Shown here in pieces: positions 1-10,015 of a stretch of DNA of 64,000 bases. A model generated the notes under the pieces. That model did no database searches and was not told the origin of the DNA. It worked only from the letters and a program-made list of their open reading frames with translations. Source of the stretch: Eubacteriales bacterium (GTDB lineage Bacteria > Bacillota > Clostridia > Oscillospirales > CAG-272); the NCBI GenBank assembly GCA_045537595.1, contig JAZSPS010000003.1, positions 19,035 through 83,034 on the forward strand. The letters are read 5' to 3'. Made by a program: the position numbers and the translations under genes. Within the stretch, counting starts at the first letter, position 1, and the number at the start of each line of letters is the position of its first letter.

Positions 1-36
1 CAACTGCTCGTTTGTAAAAGCCTGAAGCATATTCAT
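1..36 (-). CDS. 5' end of an unidentified gene (MNMLQAFTNEQL...), truncated by the window edge
   Basis: ATG at 36-34 (minus) lies 8 nt after a GGAGG at about 45-49. Only 12 codons are visible, so the product cannot be named. Confidence 0.35.
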   Translation of the reverse strand, partial: MNMLQAFTNEQL

Positions 37-146
37 TTTTCAGTCCTCCTTAAAAATCCGGGTATTCATGCAGAGCATCGCAGCGGACTACCCTTCTATT
101 TTTGTTTTTATGATCTGTGCCGCTTTTTCGGCACACATTACATCAT

Positions 147-175
147 ATTATATCACATCAAAAATGATTTTGCAA
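147..175 (-). promoter_or_regulatory. sigma-A type promoter for the truncated downstream gene
   Basis: On the minus strand: TTGCAA (175-170), 17-nt spacer, TATAAT (152-147) preceded by TGa. The leader contains the hairpin TGTGCCG-n6-CGGCACA (115-134). Confidence 0.5.
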
Positions 176-191
176 TACCTTTTTTACTTTT

Positions 192-1616
192 TTATGATTT
201 TTTTTGACTTTTTTTAAAAAATCTCCTTACGACTCTCATCAGCGTGACTGTAAGCTCTCTGCCGTTGAGCAACAGCACAAGCAGCAATATTCCCAGCTGC
301 GCAAGCTGCCAATAGCGGAACTCCCGCAGCATGATATACCCTTGCAACAGGATCATTCCCGTATTGAAAATCAGTCGAAGGTTGTGTAAGGGAAAGGTCA
401 GATATTTTGAGGTATCGTATGCTCGGATCACGTACACCGCCGCGTAACTGATCCATGTTGCCACCGCGGCGCCCATAGCTCCGTGATTGGGAATCAGTAC
501 AAAATTGAGCACCACATTAATGATAGCTCCCGACATGGCTGTCAGCATGGACAGCGTACTTTTTTTCTTAAGAAAATACACGCTTCCCAAAAAGGATACC
601 AACGTGGAAAAGCATGTTGCCGCCGCCAAGACAGGCACGTATTGCCATGAGGAATAGTAAGCATCCGAAAGCAGGATCCGTGTGAAGATTTTTGTCCCGG
701 CGATCAAGACCGATGTGCCCATAAACATCACGCCCATAAAATTGACATATACCGTTCCGAAAAATTCTCCTTTTTCCTCATCGGTGGCATCCTTTACGCT
801 TGAAAAATGCCATGCTTCCACAAACACCCCGCTGATTAATGACAATAGTGTGGGCAATTTGTACGCCGCCGCATACAGTCCGTTGACGCTGTCTCCGCAA
901 TATGCCGACACCACGTATCGGTCCGACACGGAGGTGATCAGCCACATCATGGTGGTGGGGATATACGGAATACTGTATTTCAGCATTTCCCTCGCGGTTT
1001 TACGGTCTGCCTTTCTAAGGGAAATATCCCGATACAGCTTTGCCACGACAAATAGGAAGCCTGCCATTACAAAATCCGCCACGATCACAGACAGCACGTA
1101 TCCCTTGCTTCCCATATCAAACGTCACCAAAAGCAGCACGTTCAGCAGGATTGTAAGTACGGTATTCAGAATCCCCTGCACCGCAAACATTGTGGTTTTT
1201 CCCAAGGCTCGGATATATCCCGCAAACGCTGAATGGAGATTGGACGCGATCACGTACAGCGCGATCATCCAAACATATCCGTTAAAGGTATCAAACAGGC
1301 ACAAAACGGGGATCAGCACAAAAAACAGTCCGCTCCCCATTCCGAGAATCGCCATACCTGTTGACAGGATCTTTTGTTTTCTTTCCTCATCCTCGGCACA
1401 ATCCAAGGTAAATCGGAAAATCCCATCGCAAATTCCCACCGCCACCAGCGGAATCAGCAAATTCGCCGTTTGCGCGATCAGGTCGGCTACGCCAAACTCA
1501 GCCGTTGAAAGAATGGAGGTATAAAACGGCATAAGCAGAAGGACAAGTACCTTTGACGCAAAGGTACCCGCCCCTAAAATTGCCGTATTGGATAGCAAAC
1601 GCTTATACTTTCCCAT
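192..1616 (-). CDS. MOP-superfamily polysaccharide/lipid-linked oligosaccharide flippase (Wzx/MurJ/SpoVB-like)
   Basis: 474 aa, hydrophobic throughout with many predicted TM helices. The N-terminus (LLSNTAILGAGTFASKVLVLLLMPFYT) is typical of polysaccharide biosynthesis flippases. Confidence 0.8.
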   Translation of the reverse strand: MGKYKRLLSNTAILGAGTFASKVLVLLLMPFYTSILSTAEFGVADLIAQTANLLIPLVAVGICDGIFRFTLDCAEDEERKQKILSTGMAILGMGSGLFFVLIPVLCLFDTFNGYVWMIALYVIASNLHSAFAGYIRALGKTTMFAVQGILNTVLTILLNVLLLVTFDMGSKGYVLSVIVADFVMAGFLFVVAKLYRDISLRKADRKTAREMLKYSIPYIPTTMMWLITSVSDRYVVSAYCGDSVNGLYAAAYKLPTLLSLISGVFVEAWHFSSVKDATDEEKGEFFGTVYVNFMGVMFMGTSVLIAGTKIFTRILLSDAYYSSWQYVPVLAAATCFSTLVSFLGSVYFLKKKSTLSMLTAMSGAIINVVLNFVLIPNHGAMGAAVATWISYAAVYVIRAYDTSKYLTFPLHNLRLIFNTGMILLQGYIMLREFRYWQLAQLGILLLVLLLNGRELTVTLMRVVRRFFKKSQKKS

Positions 1617-1622
1617 TCCCGA

Positions 1623-2354
1623 TCAATCGCAATTTTCCCAGTTATGGTAGACGTTCATAACGTCATCATCATCTTCCAGCCGCTCAATCAACAAGCCCAT
1701 GAATTTGATATCATCCTCGTTATCCAAGGTAACATAATTGGAGGGAATTTTTGTTTTTTCAGCAGAGAGGATCTCATATCCCGCATCCTTCAACGCTTCC
1801 TGAATCGCATAGAGGTCATCCGGTTCGGTATAGATCTCAAAGACCTCGCCTTCCGCCGCAAAGTCCTCAGCGCCAGCCTCCAAAGCTGTTTCCATCAATT
1901 TATCCTCATCGATATCTCCGTCCTCATTGGAGATCACGATCAAGCCCTTATCGGAAAACAGGTAGGACACGCATCCCGACTGACCCATATTTCCGTGATA
2001 TTTGGAGAAATACGCGCGGACATTTCCCGCGGTACGGTTACGGTTATCCGTTGTCGCTTCCACGATCACGGCGATTCCCGCGGGACCGTATCCCTCATAC
2101 ACGATCTCCTCGTAATTTTCCGCCGTGCTTCCCAGCGCTTTCTTTATGGTTCGCTCAATATTATCATTGGGTACATTATTGGATTTTGCTTTCAGGATCA
2201 AGTCACGCAATTTGGAGTTGGACGCGGGATCTCCGCCTCCTTCCTTTACCGCGATGGTAATCTCCTTACCGATTTTTGTAAACACCTTTGCCTTTTGCGC
2301 ATCGGTTTTTTCCTTTTTGTGCTTAATATTCGCCCATTTGCTATGTCCGGACAT
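1623..2354 (-). CDS. yebC: YebC/PmpR family DNA-binding transcriptional regulator
   Basis: MSGHSKWANIKHKKEKTDAQKAKVFTK... is the hallmark YebC N-terminus. Length 243 aa. Confidence 0.95.
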   Translation of the reverse strand: MSGHSKWANIKHKKEKTDAQKAKVFTKIGKEITIAVKEGGGDPASNSKLRDLILKAKSNNVPNDNIERTIKKALGSTAENYEEIVYEGYGPAGIAVIVEATTDNRNRTAGNVRAYFSKYHGNMGQSGCVSYLFSDKGLIVISNEDGDIDEDKLMETALEAGAEDFAAEGEVFEIYTEPDDLYAIQEALKDAGYEILSAEKTKIPSNYVTLDNEDDIKFMGLLIERLEDDDDVMNVYHNWENCD

Positions 2355-2397
2355 CTTTCATACCTCTTTTATTTTATGTTTGTATTTTTATTTTCTT

Positions 2398-4110
2398 TTA
2401 AATTTTTTCAGTCTTGGCAAGACAGATCAGATCAAACGCGTTACCCAAAACTGTTTTTGCCGCCTCGGTAAGGGCAAGTCTTGTATTTTTGATCTTCTCA
2501 TTCTCCGCGCCAAGGATAGAGCAATTATGATAGAAACGGTTATATGCCCCCGCCACGTCTAAAATATACCGTGTGATCACCGAAGGCTCGTATATCTCGA
2601 TTGCCTCACGAACCGTCTCCTCGAAGCGTGAAAGCACCTTAACCAGATCAAGCTCCTCCTCCGTTCCAACGCACAGCTCTGTATTTCGGTCATAGCCATC
2701 GGTTTTCGCCAGCACCGAGCAGGTACGCGCATAGGTATATTGAACATACGGTCCTGTATTACCGTCAAAGCTGAGCGCGTCCTCCATTACAAAGTTAATA
2801 TCCCGCATGCGGTTATTGGAAAGATAATAGAACACGATAGCTCCGACGCCCACCGCCTCGGCAATTTTCTCCTTATCTGCCAGCTCGGGGTTCTTTTCCT
2901 CCATGATTGCCGCTACCTTATCGATTGCTAAAGCAAACAGATCCCGAAGCAAAATAACGTTTCCTGTTCTGGTTGCCAGCTTTTCGCCGTTAATACTTAC
3001 GGTTCCGTAGGGCACGTGAACCAATTGATCCGCCCATTGATAGCCCATCATATCCACGACCTTAAACCACTGAGCGAAGTGCAGGCTTTGTCCCGCGCTG
3101 GTTACATAGATCGCCTTATCAAAATTGTAGGTTTCCTTACGGTAGACCGCCGCCGCGATATCACGGGTAGGATAAAGGGTAGAGCCGTCTCTCTTGAGGA
3201 TCAGGCATGGGGGCATACCGTATTGCTCCAAATCCACGATGGATGCTCCGTCGTCGATCTTCAAAAGCTCCATATCCCGAAGCTTTTGTACCTGTGCCGG
3301 CATTTTATCGGTATAGAAGGATTCTCCCTTATAGCTATCGAACTCAATGCCCAGCTGCGCGTATGTCTTTTTATATTCTACCAAACTGATCTGAACGAAC
3401 CACTGCCAAAGCTCAATGTTTTCTGCGTCGCCCTCCTCCAGCTTATGGAATTCGGAACGTGCTACATCATTCAGAGAGGGATCCTTTTCCGCCTCCTCAT
3501 GATATTTTACATACAGCTCTACCAGCTTGTCGATTCCGCCTGATTCCACCGTCTGACGGTCTCCCCACATGCGATAGGCGGTGATCAGCTTACCGAACTG
3601 CGTGCCCCAGTCTCCCAAATAATTAATGCCCACGCACTGATATCCGGCGAACTCGTGCATTTTTTTAAGAGAATGTCCGATAACCGTTGTACCGAGATGT
3701 CCGATATGGAAGGGCTTTGCCACGTTGGGGGAGGAATAGTCCAGCACCACCGTTTTTCCCTGTCCCAGCGCGGGCGCTCCATAGGTTGCTCCTTTTTTCA
3801 GGATCTCGGGCACTACCTTTTCTGCCAGATACCTTCCGTCCAAAAAAATATTTAAGTATCCGTTGACAGCCTCCGCCCGACTGACGGCGGGAACCGAGAG
3901 GCTTGCCGCCAACTCATTGGCAATTTTAACGGGTGCGTTACGCAACAGCTTACTGAGCTTAAAGCAAGGCAGTGCCAGATCTCCCATTTTAGGGTCGGGA
4001 GGGTACTCCAGCATTTCCTGTACGGTTTGCGCGCTTAGCTCGGCATCCGATTTCATTATACGGACCTGCTCCGCAAGGGCGTCCGCTATCATTTTTTTAA
4101 CTGCAAGCAT
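2398..4110 (-). CDS. argS: arginine--tRNA ligase
   Basis: 570 aa with a class I HIGH motif (PFHIGHLGTTVIGHS) and the ArgRS-type anticodon-binding C-terminus. Confidence 0.95.
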   Translation of the reverse strand: MLAVKKMIADALAEQVRIMKSDAELSAQTVQEMLEYPPDPKMGDLALPCFKLSKLLRNAPVKIANELAASLSVPAVSRAEAVNGYLNIFLDGRYLAEKVVPEILKKGATYGAPALGQGKTVVLDYSSPNVAKPFHIGHLGTTVIGHSLKKMHEFAGYQCVGINYLGDWGTQFGKLITAYRMWGDRQTVESGGIDKLVELYVKYHEEAEKDPSLNDVARSEFHKLEEGDAENIELWQWFVQISLVEYKKTYAQLGIEFDSYKGESFYTDKMPAQVQKLRDMELLKIDDGASIVDLEQYGMPPCLILKRDGSTLYPTRDIAAAVYRKETYNFDKAIYVTSAGQSLHFAQWFKVVDMMGYQWADQLVHVPYGTVSINGEKLATRTGNVILLRDLFALAIDKVAAIMEEKNPELADKEKIAEAVGVGAIVFYYLSNNRMRDINFVMEDALSFDGNTGPYVQYTYARTCSVLAKTDGYDRNTELCVGTEEELDLVKVLSRFEETVREAIEIYEPSVITRYILDVAGAYNRFYHNCSILGAENEKIKNTRLALTEAAKTVLGNAFDLICLAKTEKI

Positions 4111-4218
4111 TTTTGTCTCCTAATTTTTCAAAAATATCATCTGACAATAACTTTTTTATTATACTACATTTTTCAAATAAATTCAAGTATTTCGCAAAAA
4201 TTCAACACAATACAGGTT

Positions 4219-5892
4219 TTAATACTGTTTTCCTTCCGCGATCATTTCCCGAGCTGCCGCTCTTTGTGCCTCGGTGATCTCTATTCCGCCAAGGATCCGC
4301 GCGATCTCTTCTACTCGTCCCTCTTCATCCAGCTCCTTCAAGGAGGTTTGCGCCCGTCCGTCAATTTCTCTTTTTGAAATAAACAAATGATGATCCGCGA
4401 TGGACGCGATCTGTGCCGAATGTGTAACGCAAAGGACCTGTGCGCCTTTTCCGATCTCCTTCAGCTTGATCCCCACCTTTCGGGAGGTTTTTCCCGAAAT
4501 TCCCGTATCAATCTCGTCAAAAATCACGGTATCCACGCCATCGCAGGTATTCAGGACATTTTTCAGGGACAGCATGATTCTTGCCAGCTCTCCTCCCGAC
4601 GCGATTTTTACCATGGGCATCAGCGGTTCACCGGGATTCGCGGAGATAAGGAATTCGATCTCATCCATCCCTGTAGCACAAAATTCCCGTGTAGGTTTCA
4701 TAGATATCTCAAAGCGGACCTTCGGCATATCTAAAAAGCTCAGTGTTTCAGTAACCGACGCGGTAAGTCCCTTTGCCGCCAACCGTCTGGTATTACGCAG
4801 CTCCTCGGCTATTTTTTTCGCTTCCCCTTTTAATTTTGCTTCTTTTTCCTGTAGCTCTATCATTCGGTCCGCAAAATGCTCGATATCATCCAACGCGGCG
4901 GCAGACCTTCCGCGGAATTCCAAAATTTCCTCTACGCTGTTTCCGTATTTCCGTTTCAGCTTTGCTATGGCATCCAGTCTTGCCTCTGTTCGATCCAGCT
5001 TTTCCAGCGCGTCCTCTCCGCCAAAATCCTCAAAATCCGACAGAGACGCGGCGATATCCTCCAATTCATAGCGAATATCGTTTAATCGGTTTGACAGCTC
5101 CTCCGCTTCGGGAACGGCATCGGCAATAGAACACAGGGCATTTGCCGCGCGATCGGTCAGGTAAATGGCGCCCTTTCCCTTTTCGCCGCCCTCCAGCGCT
5201 TTTTCTACCAGACCGCACACCTTTGTGATCTGCTCTACGCTCCGAAGCTTCTTTGCCAATTCGGTAAGTGCTTCCTCCTCGCCTTTTTTCGGCTTTACCG
5301 CATCAATATCGGCAATTTGATACCGAAGCATTTCGCTCAGGCGGTTTTGCTCCTGTTCATCCCTTTGCAAAGAATCGATCTCGGCTCGGACATGCAAGAG
5401 CTTTTTATAAATCTCATAATACCTTTGCCGTGTTTCAACGCAATTCGCATATGAATCCAACAGCATCCCATGGTTTTTGGGATCCATCAGCTGTTGATTA
5501 TCGCTTTGACCATGGATATTAAAAAGCGTTACCGCGATCTCACGCAAAATGGACAGAGTGACAGCTCTGCCGTTCAATCTTGCCGAGGATCCATTTTGAC
5601 CCACGCTTCGGGACAGCATGACCGTCCCATCGGTTATATCAAATCCCAGCTCGGAAATGATTCTCCGCGCGTTCTCTGACAGCTTTCCAAACACGGCGGA
5701 GACCTCCGCCCGTTCCTCTCCTGTTCGGATCAGGTCACGGTCAGCTCTGCCTCCCATCAACAGATTCAGACTATCAATGATAATGGACTTTCCCGCTCCT
5801 GTTTCGCCCGACAGAACTGTCATTCCTGAATTGAAATCCACGTCTAAGCTTTTAACAACGGCAATATTTTCTATATGAAGAGATTCTATCAT
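4219..5892 (-). CDS. recN: DNA repair protein RecN
   Basis: 557 aa with N-terminal Walker A (GETGAGKS), a long coiled-coil middle, and a C-terminal SMC signature/Walker B (SGGELARIMLSL, FDEIDTG). Confidence 0.95.
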   Translation of the reverse strand: MIESLHIENIAVVKSLDVDFNSGMTVLSGETGAGKSIIIDSLNLLMGGRADRDLIRTGEERAEVSAVFGKLSENARRIISELGFDITDGTVMLSRSVGQNGSSARLNGRAVTLSILREIAVTLFNIHGQSDNQQLMDPKNHGMLLDSYANCVETRQRYYEIYKKLLHVRAEIDSLQRDEQEQNRLSEMLRYQIADIDAVKPKKGEEEALTELAKKLRSVEQITKVCGLVEKALEGGEKGKGAIYLTDRAANALCSIADAVPEAEELSNRLNDIRYELEDIAASLSDFEDFGGEDALEKLDRTEARLDAIAKLKRKYGNSVEEILEFRGRSAAALDDIEHFADRMIELQEKEAKLKGEAKKIAEELRNTRRLAAKGLTASVTETLSFLDMPKVRFEISMKPTREFCATGMDEIEFLISANPGEPLMPMVKIASGGELARIMLSLKNVLNTCDGVDTVIFDEIDTGISGKTSRKVGIKLKEIGKGAQVLCVTHSAQIASIADHHLFISKREIDGRAQTSLKELDEEGRVEEIARILGGIEITEAQRAAAREMIAEGKQY

Positions 5893-5992
5893 TTCCTCAC
5901 CTCACACCGCTTGCTTTTGTTTCTCCTTCTCGATCTGCCGTTCCAGTGGAATCTCCGCTACAGATCTTTTATTTCTTAATTGATTAATGGAA

Positions 5993-6448
5993 TTAAAAGG
6001 TTTTCATCAGCTCTCGAATTTTTTCACTGATCTCCGCTGAGCTTTCCTCATTCCGTGTTACAATGATAATGGTATCATCGCCTGCCACGCAGCCAAGAAC
6101 ATTATGCATATTCAACGCATCCACCGCGGATGCTACCGCCTGCGCCATTCCCGGATAGGTTTTTACCACCACATTATTCATAGAATAATCCGCGTGAACG
6201 ATCGAATCCACCATAGCGTTATTCAAGCGCACGTTTCCGCTATGATTTCTTCCCGCGCTGACGCAATACCGATAGGTTCCCCGCGCGGTCAACACCTTCG
6301 CCAGCTTCAGCTCCTTTAAGTCTCTGGAAACCGTTGCCTGGGTAACCGTGTATCCTTCTGAGCGAAGGCGCTCCATCATTTCTTCCTGTGTATCGATTTC
6401 ATATTTCGCGACAAGCTCCAGAATTCTGTTTTGTCTTTTCGATTTCAT
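5993..6448 (-). CDS. argR: arginine repressor
   Basis: 151 aa with a winged-helix N-terminus (QATVSRDLKEL) and a C-terminal oligomerisation motif (GCVAGDDTIIIV). It sits next to recN, as in Bacillus ahrC-recN. Confidence 0.9.
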   Translation of the reverse strand: MKSKRQNRILELVAKYEIDTQEEMMERLRSEGYTVTQATVSRDLKELKLAKVLTARGTYRYCVSAGRNHSGNVRLNNAMVDSIVHADYSMNNVVVKTYPGMAQAVASAVDALNMHNVLGCVAGDDTIIIVTRNEESSAEISEKIRELMKTF

Positions 6449-6509
6449 TTTTCTTCTCCGTATTCAAGGTGTTTAAGTGAGTTCTATCTTTTGACGTACC
6501 TTCTTTTGA

Positions 6510-7406
6510 TCATACAAACTTTTTCATTCGGATCTTGGAATAAAAGCTTTCCTCCTTAACCCGCAAAAGCTTTACCCTTAGCTCTGACCGTGTAATCAGG
6601 ACGGTATCTCCATAATATAGGTCAAAGGTCGATCTTCCGTCCACGGTCAAGTGCAAGACCTTTTCTCGGTTGCATATATTCTTGATTTTCAGCTGTGCTG
6701 TATCCGGAAAGACCAGCGGTCTTGCCGACAGCGAGTGGGGAGAGATCGGTGTGACGCAAAAGCATGCCAGCTTGGGATCTACGATCGGTCCTCCCGCGGA
6801 AAGCGAATACGCAGTGGAGCCTGTGGGGGTTGCGATCACCAAGCCGTCCGCTCGGTACGTATACACCAATTCATCTCCGTCTGACAGCTGAAGATCCACA
6901 ATTCGCGCTGCCGATCCGTTGGTAATAGCCGCCTCATTTAAGGCATATGCGGAAAATTTTGTTTGTCCTTTTCTTGAGTTGACCTCCGCTTGCAGCATGG
7001 CTCTTTCGTCCAAGCGGTATTTTCCCTCAAACACCTTTTGTAGAAGCTCCAGCTCATCCATTTCCAACTCGGTCATATATCCGACCCTACCCATATTGAT
7101 TCCTAAAATCGGAATCCCTGCCGGCGCCGCTCTTCTTGCCACGTCCAGCATAGCACCGTCTCCGCCCAATGCTATAATCAGCTCCGATTCGCTATAGATC
7201 TCCTCCGGCGTGCGATAGACAAACGCCGCGCGGTGTCCTTTATTGCGAAAAATCCGTTCCTTATATGCTATGGGTAGCAAGATCTCATCCACCTTTGACG
7301 CGATGATCTCTGCCACCTCCATGGCGGCTGCCAGCTTTTCCGCTATATTAAAATTCGTTATCAACGCAACCTTTTTCACTTTTCGCACACCTTTCTTACT
7401 TCTCAC
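6510..7406 (-). CDS. nadK: NAD(+) kinase
   Basis: GGDGAML motif and a typical NadK C-terminal fold sequence. The track start is a GTG. An internal GTG (VKKVALI, coordinate 7379) with an AAGGTG upstream may be the true start. Confidence 0.9.
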   Translation of the reverse strand: MRSKKGVRKVKKVALITNFNIAEKLAAAMEVAEIIASKVDEILLPIAYKERIFRNKGHRAAFVYRTPEEIYSESELIIALGGDGAMLDVARRAAPAGIPILGINMGRVGYMTELEMDELELLQKVFEGKYRLDERAMLQAEVNSRKGQTKFSAYALNEAAITNGSAARIVDLQLSDGDELVYTYRADGLVIATPTGSTAYSLSAGGPIVDPKLACFCVTPISPHSLSARPLVFPDTAQLKIKNICNREKVLHLTVDGRSTFDLYYGDTVLITRSELRVKLLRVKEESFYSKIRMKKFV

Positions 7407-7447
7407 GAAAATATCTGAATTCGCGGTTTTCTTTTTCGGTTATCCCC

Positions 7448-8230
7448 TTACAGAGATGTAATCCTTCGGATCGTTTTATCATCGATTCGAGAACCCGCGT
7501 AAAATCTCTTTATGAAATATGCCAAATATTCTTTATTTCCGTCCCCGCCCTCTATGGGAGAGGGGATCAGCCCCACGGCGTCCATTCCGTTTTCTGTCGC
7601 GCATTCCAGCACACGCTTGACCGCAAGATACCGATAGGCACTGTTATGCACGATCCCATTCTTTCCGAGTGCGCTTTTTCCCGCCTCAAACTGAGGCTTG
7701 ATCAGGCTGACGAATTCTCCGCCCTCTCTCAGCACCGAAACGATTTGCGGAATCAGATAGGTTTGTGAAATAAAGGAAACGTCCGCCACGGCAATATCAC
7801 ATTTTCCCTGTGTGATCTCCTCATTGAGCATACGGGCGTTAAAGCTTTCCACCGATATTACCCGAGGGTCGGACCGCAATGTCTCATGCAATTGTCCGAT
7901 TCCCGAATCCACGGAGACGACCTGAGCGGCGCCCCTTTTGAGAAGGCAATCGGTAAATCCCCCTGTGGAGGCTCCCACATCTACCGCTTTTTTGCGGTTT
8001 ACATTGATCTCAAAGCAATTCAAAGCCGCTTCCAGCTTCATTCCGCCTCGGCTTACATATTTGAAGATCGGCTCGATCTCCACCTCATGCGGTATATTTT
8101 CATTCACCGCCGCAGAGGCTTTCTTGATCACCGCTCCGTCGATCTTTACCGCACCCGCCCCGATCAGATCCTGTGCCTTCTTTCGGCTGGAGGTATGACC
8201 CGTCGCCGTTAAATACACGTCCGCTCTCAT
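7448..8230 (-). CDS. tlyA: TlyA-family rRNA (cytidine-2'-O)-methyltransferase
   Basis: N-terminal S4-like segment (RADVYL...SRKKAQDLI) plus an FtsJ-type SAM fold (DVGASTGGFTDCLL). Confidence 0.85.
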   Translation of the reverse strand: MRADVYLTATGHTSSRKKAQDLIGAGAVKIDGAVIKKASAAVNENIPHEVEIEPIFKYVSRGGMKLEAALNCFEINVNRKKAVDVGASTGGFTDCLLKRGAAQVVSVDSGIGQLHETLRSDPRVISVESFNARMLNEEITQGKCDIAVADVSFISQTYLIPQIVSVLREGGEFVSLIKPQFEAGKSALGKNGIVHNSAYRYLAVKRVLECATENGMDAVGLIPSPIEGGDGNKEYLAYFIKRFYAGSRIDDKTIRRITSL

Positions 8231-8691
8231 AGAATCCCCAAAGCAAACGCGTAACCAATTGCGACCGCTATTCCCAGCAAGCCGCCCATCAGCACCTGAA
8301 AGGGGGTATGTCCCACCAGCTCCTTCAAGCCCGTATTAAATTCCTCGCTTTTTCCGGAAAAAAGCTCACGAGTGATCCGATTGATAATTTTTGCCTGTTC
8401 TCCCGTCTCATACCGCACGCCGAAGGCATCGTTCATTACGATCATGGCGACCACTCCCGAGATAGCAAAATAGGGGGATCCTACCCCGCATTGCACCGCG
8501 CATGCTGTGCACAAAGCCAACACGGTAGAGGAATGAGAGCTGGGCATTCCGCCATTGGAAAAGATCAATTTCAAATTTATTTTTTTTGTATTGAACAGTC
8601 CCGTAAAGATCTTTAAGAACTGTGCTGTAAACCATCCCAACGCCGCACTGATCAATATATAATTTTCGAAAAATTCTTTTATTACTTCCAC
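8227..8691 (-). CDS. divergent PAP2/DUF212-family membrane protein
   Basis: 154 aa with GGMPSSHSS and FGVRYE...GHTP motifs typical of the acid-phosphatase/vanadium-haloperoxidase-related DUF212 family. It overlaps the tlyA start by 4 nt. Confidence 0.7.
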   Translation of the reverse strand: MEVIKEFFENYILISAALGWFTAQFLKIFTGLFNTKKINLKLIFSNGGMPSSHSSTVLALCTACAVQCGVGSPYFAISGVVAMIVMNDAFGVRYETGEQAKIINRITRELFSGKSEEFNTGLKELVGHTPFQVLMGGLLGIAVAIGYAFALGIL

Positions 8692-8794
8692 AATTTTACC
8701 AATTGATTTGATCTTCCAAAATCAATATTTACCTTTTTATTATTCTACCTTTTAACTCTTCATCGTCAAGAAAATACGTTCACTCGCACGTTTT

Positions 8795-9694
8795 TTAATA
8801 GGTTCTTTCCAGCAGGTATGCCGCCAGATCTGTCAAGGTTTCCGAATCCTTCATTTCTGAAATTGCCGAAATCGCCTCTGCCGTTAGCTTACTTGCGTAG
8901 TCCTTCGCGCCCTCCGCGTCAAAATACGTCATAAAGGTGGTTTTATTATGAGAAACATCGGTTCTCAGGTTTTTGCCAAGCTCCTCCTCTTCTCCGCTTT
9001 CGTCCAGGATATCGTCAATGACCTGATACGCAAGTCCGAGCTTCCGCGCGTACAAGGCTGCCGCCTGTGCTTCGGGGGTATCCGCCGTGTATCCTGCCGC
9101 CAAGCATCCCAGCCGCGCGGCGCATTCCATGAGCGCCCCTGTTTTCAGCGAGTGCAAGCGCAAGAGCGTTTCAAATTCCAGCTGCTTTGTCTCTCCCTCC
9201 AGATCCATGATCTGTCCGCCGATCATTCCGCTTTCCCCAGCCGCTTCCGCAAGCAAGCGAACTGCCTCCGCGCATTTTTCTCCGTCCGCGTTGGGATTTG
9301 ACGCTGCCGTCAAAAAGGCTTTGGTGAGCAACGCATCGCCCGCCAACAAGGCGGTAGCATATCCGAACTGTTTATGATTCGCCGGTTTTCCGCGGCGAAA
9401 GTCATCATCATCCATACAAGGCAGGTCGTCATGGATCAGCGAATATGTATGGATCATCTCAAGTGCCGCCGCAAATGGCATAGAGACACGGATATCTCCG
9501 CCAAGCATCCGACAAAATTCATTGACCAAAAAGGTTCGGATCCGTTTTCCTCCGCCGAGGAGGGAATACGCTTGCGCATCATAAATAATTTGCAGATCCT
9601 CATCTGCTTCCTTGCAATATGACTTCAATGCCTCTTCTGTTTTTTCCGCGTTTTCCATAATTTTGTTTTTGAGCGCGTTCATTGTTGCTTCCAT
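8795..9694 (-). CDS. ispA: polyprenyl (farnesyl/geranylgeranyl) diphosphate synthase
   Basis: First DDxxD-type motif (HDDLPCMDDDDFRRGKP) and second motif (QVIDDILD). Start placed at the second ATG (MEATMNAL), which has AAAGGAGA 6 nt upstream. The track start 9712 lacks a spaced RBS. Confidence 0.9.
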   Translation of the reverse strand: MEATMNALKNKIMENAEKTEEALKSYCKEADEDLQIIYDAQAYSLLGGGKRIRTFLVNEFCRMLGGDIRVSMPFAAALEMIHTYSLIHDDLPCMDDDDFRRGKPANHKQFGYATALLAGDALLTKAFLTAASNPNADGEKCAEAVRLLAEAAGESGMIGGQIMDLEGETKQLEFETLLRLHSLKTGALMECAARLGCLAAGYTADTPEAQAAALYARKLGLAYQVIDDILDESGEEEELGKNLRTDVSHNKTTFMTYFDAEGAKDYASKLTAEAISAISEMKDSETLTDLAAYLLERTY

Positions 9695-9760
9695 GAGAAG
9701 TCTCCTTTTCATTCCTTTTTCATGTTTTTCATGTTTTCATGGGTTCGTGTTATCATACTT

Positions 9761-10015
9761 TCATGTGTTTTCGAATGGCTCTTCGCAAATTTCCCCATCG
9801 GGAGTGATCTTTAAAATTTGTATTTTCCGCTCCGCGTCCGCAAGCTTTTTATTGCACGCGGCAATCAGGCGCACGCCTTCCTCATAAAGCTTGAGCATTT
9901 CCTCCAGATTCTCGTTTTCCCCGTCCAGCCGTTCCACGGTCTCATCCAAACGGCGCATCAGCTCCTCCAGCTTCAGCTCATCGATTTCACGGATCGCATT
10001 TTCTTTTTCTGTCAT
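9761..10015 (-). CDS. xseB: exodeoxyribonuclease VII small subunit
   Basis: 84-aa helical protein ([35 protein letters not shown]). It overlaps the xseA stop by 4 nt. Confidence 0.85.
   Translation of the reverse strand: MTEKENAIREIDELKLEELMRRLDETVERLDGENENLEEMLKLYEEGVRLIAACNKKLADAERKIQILKITPDGEICEEPFENT

Noticed and set aside
682-1524. Long antisense ORFs with no stops opposite well-supported genes. Examples: 682-1524, 1644-2471, 19456-20100, 35019-35786, 42486-43301, 44189-45124, 45659-46681, 61531-62220 and 62512-43.
   Set aside because: Each lies entirely within, and opposite to, a gene with strong family motifs. They have no RBS-supported starts, and their translations are low-complexity or proline/arginine-rich shadow sequences.
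4111-4218. Possible T-box leader upstream of argS.
   Set aside because: The upstream non-coding region is only 108 nt. It has no T-box sequence (AAnnnGGGTGGnACCGCG-like) and no specifier/terminator architecture.
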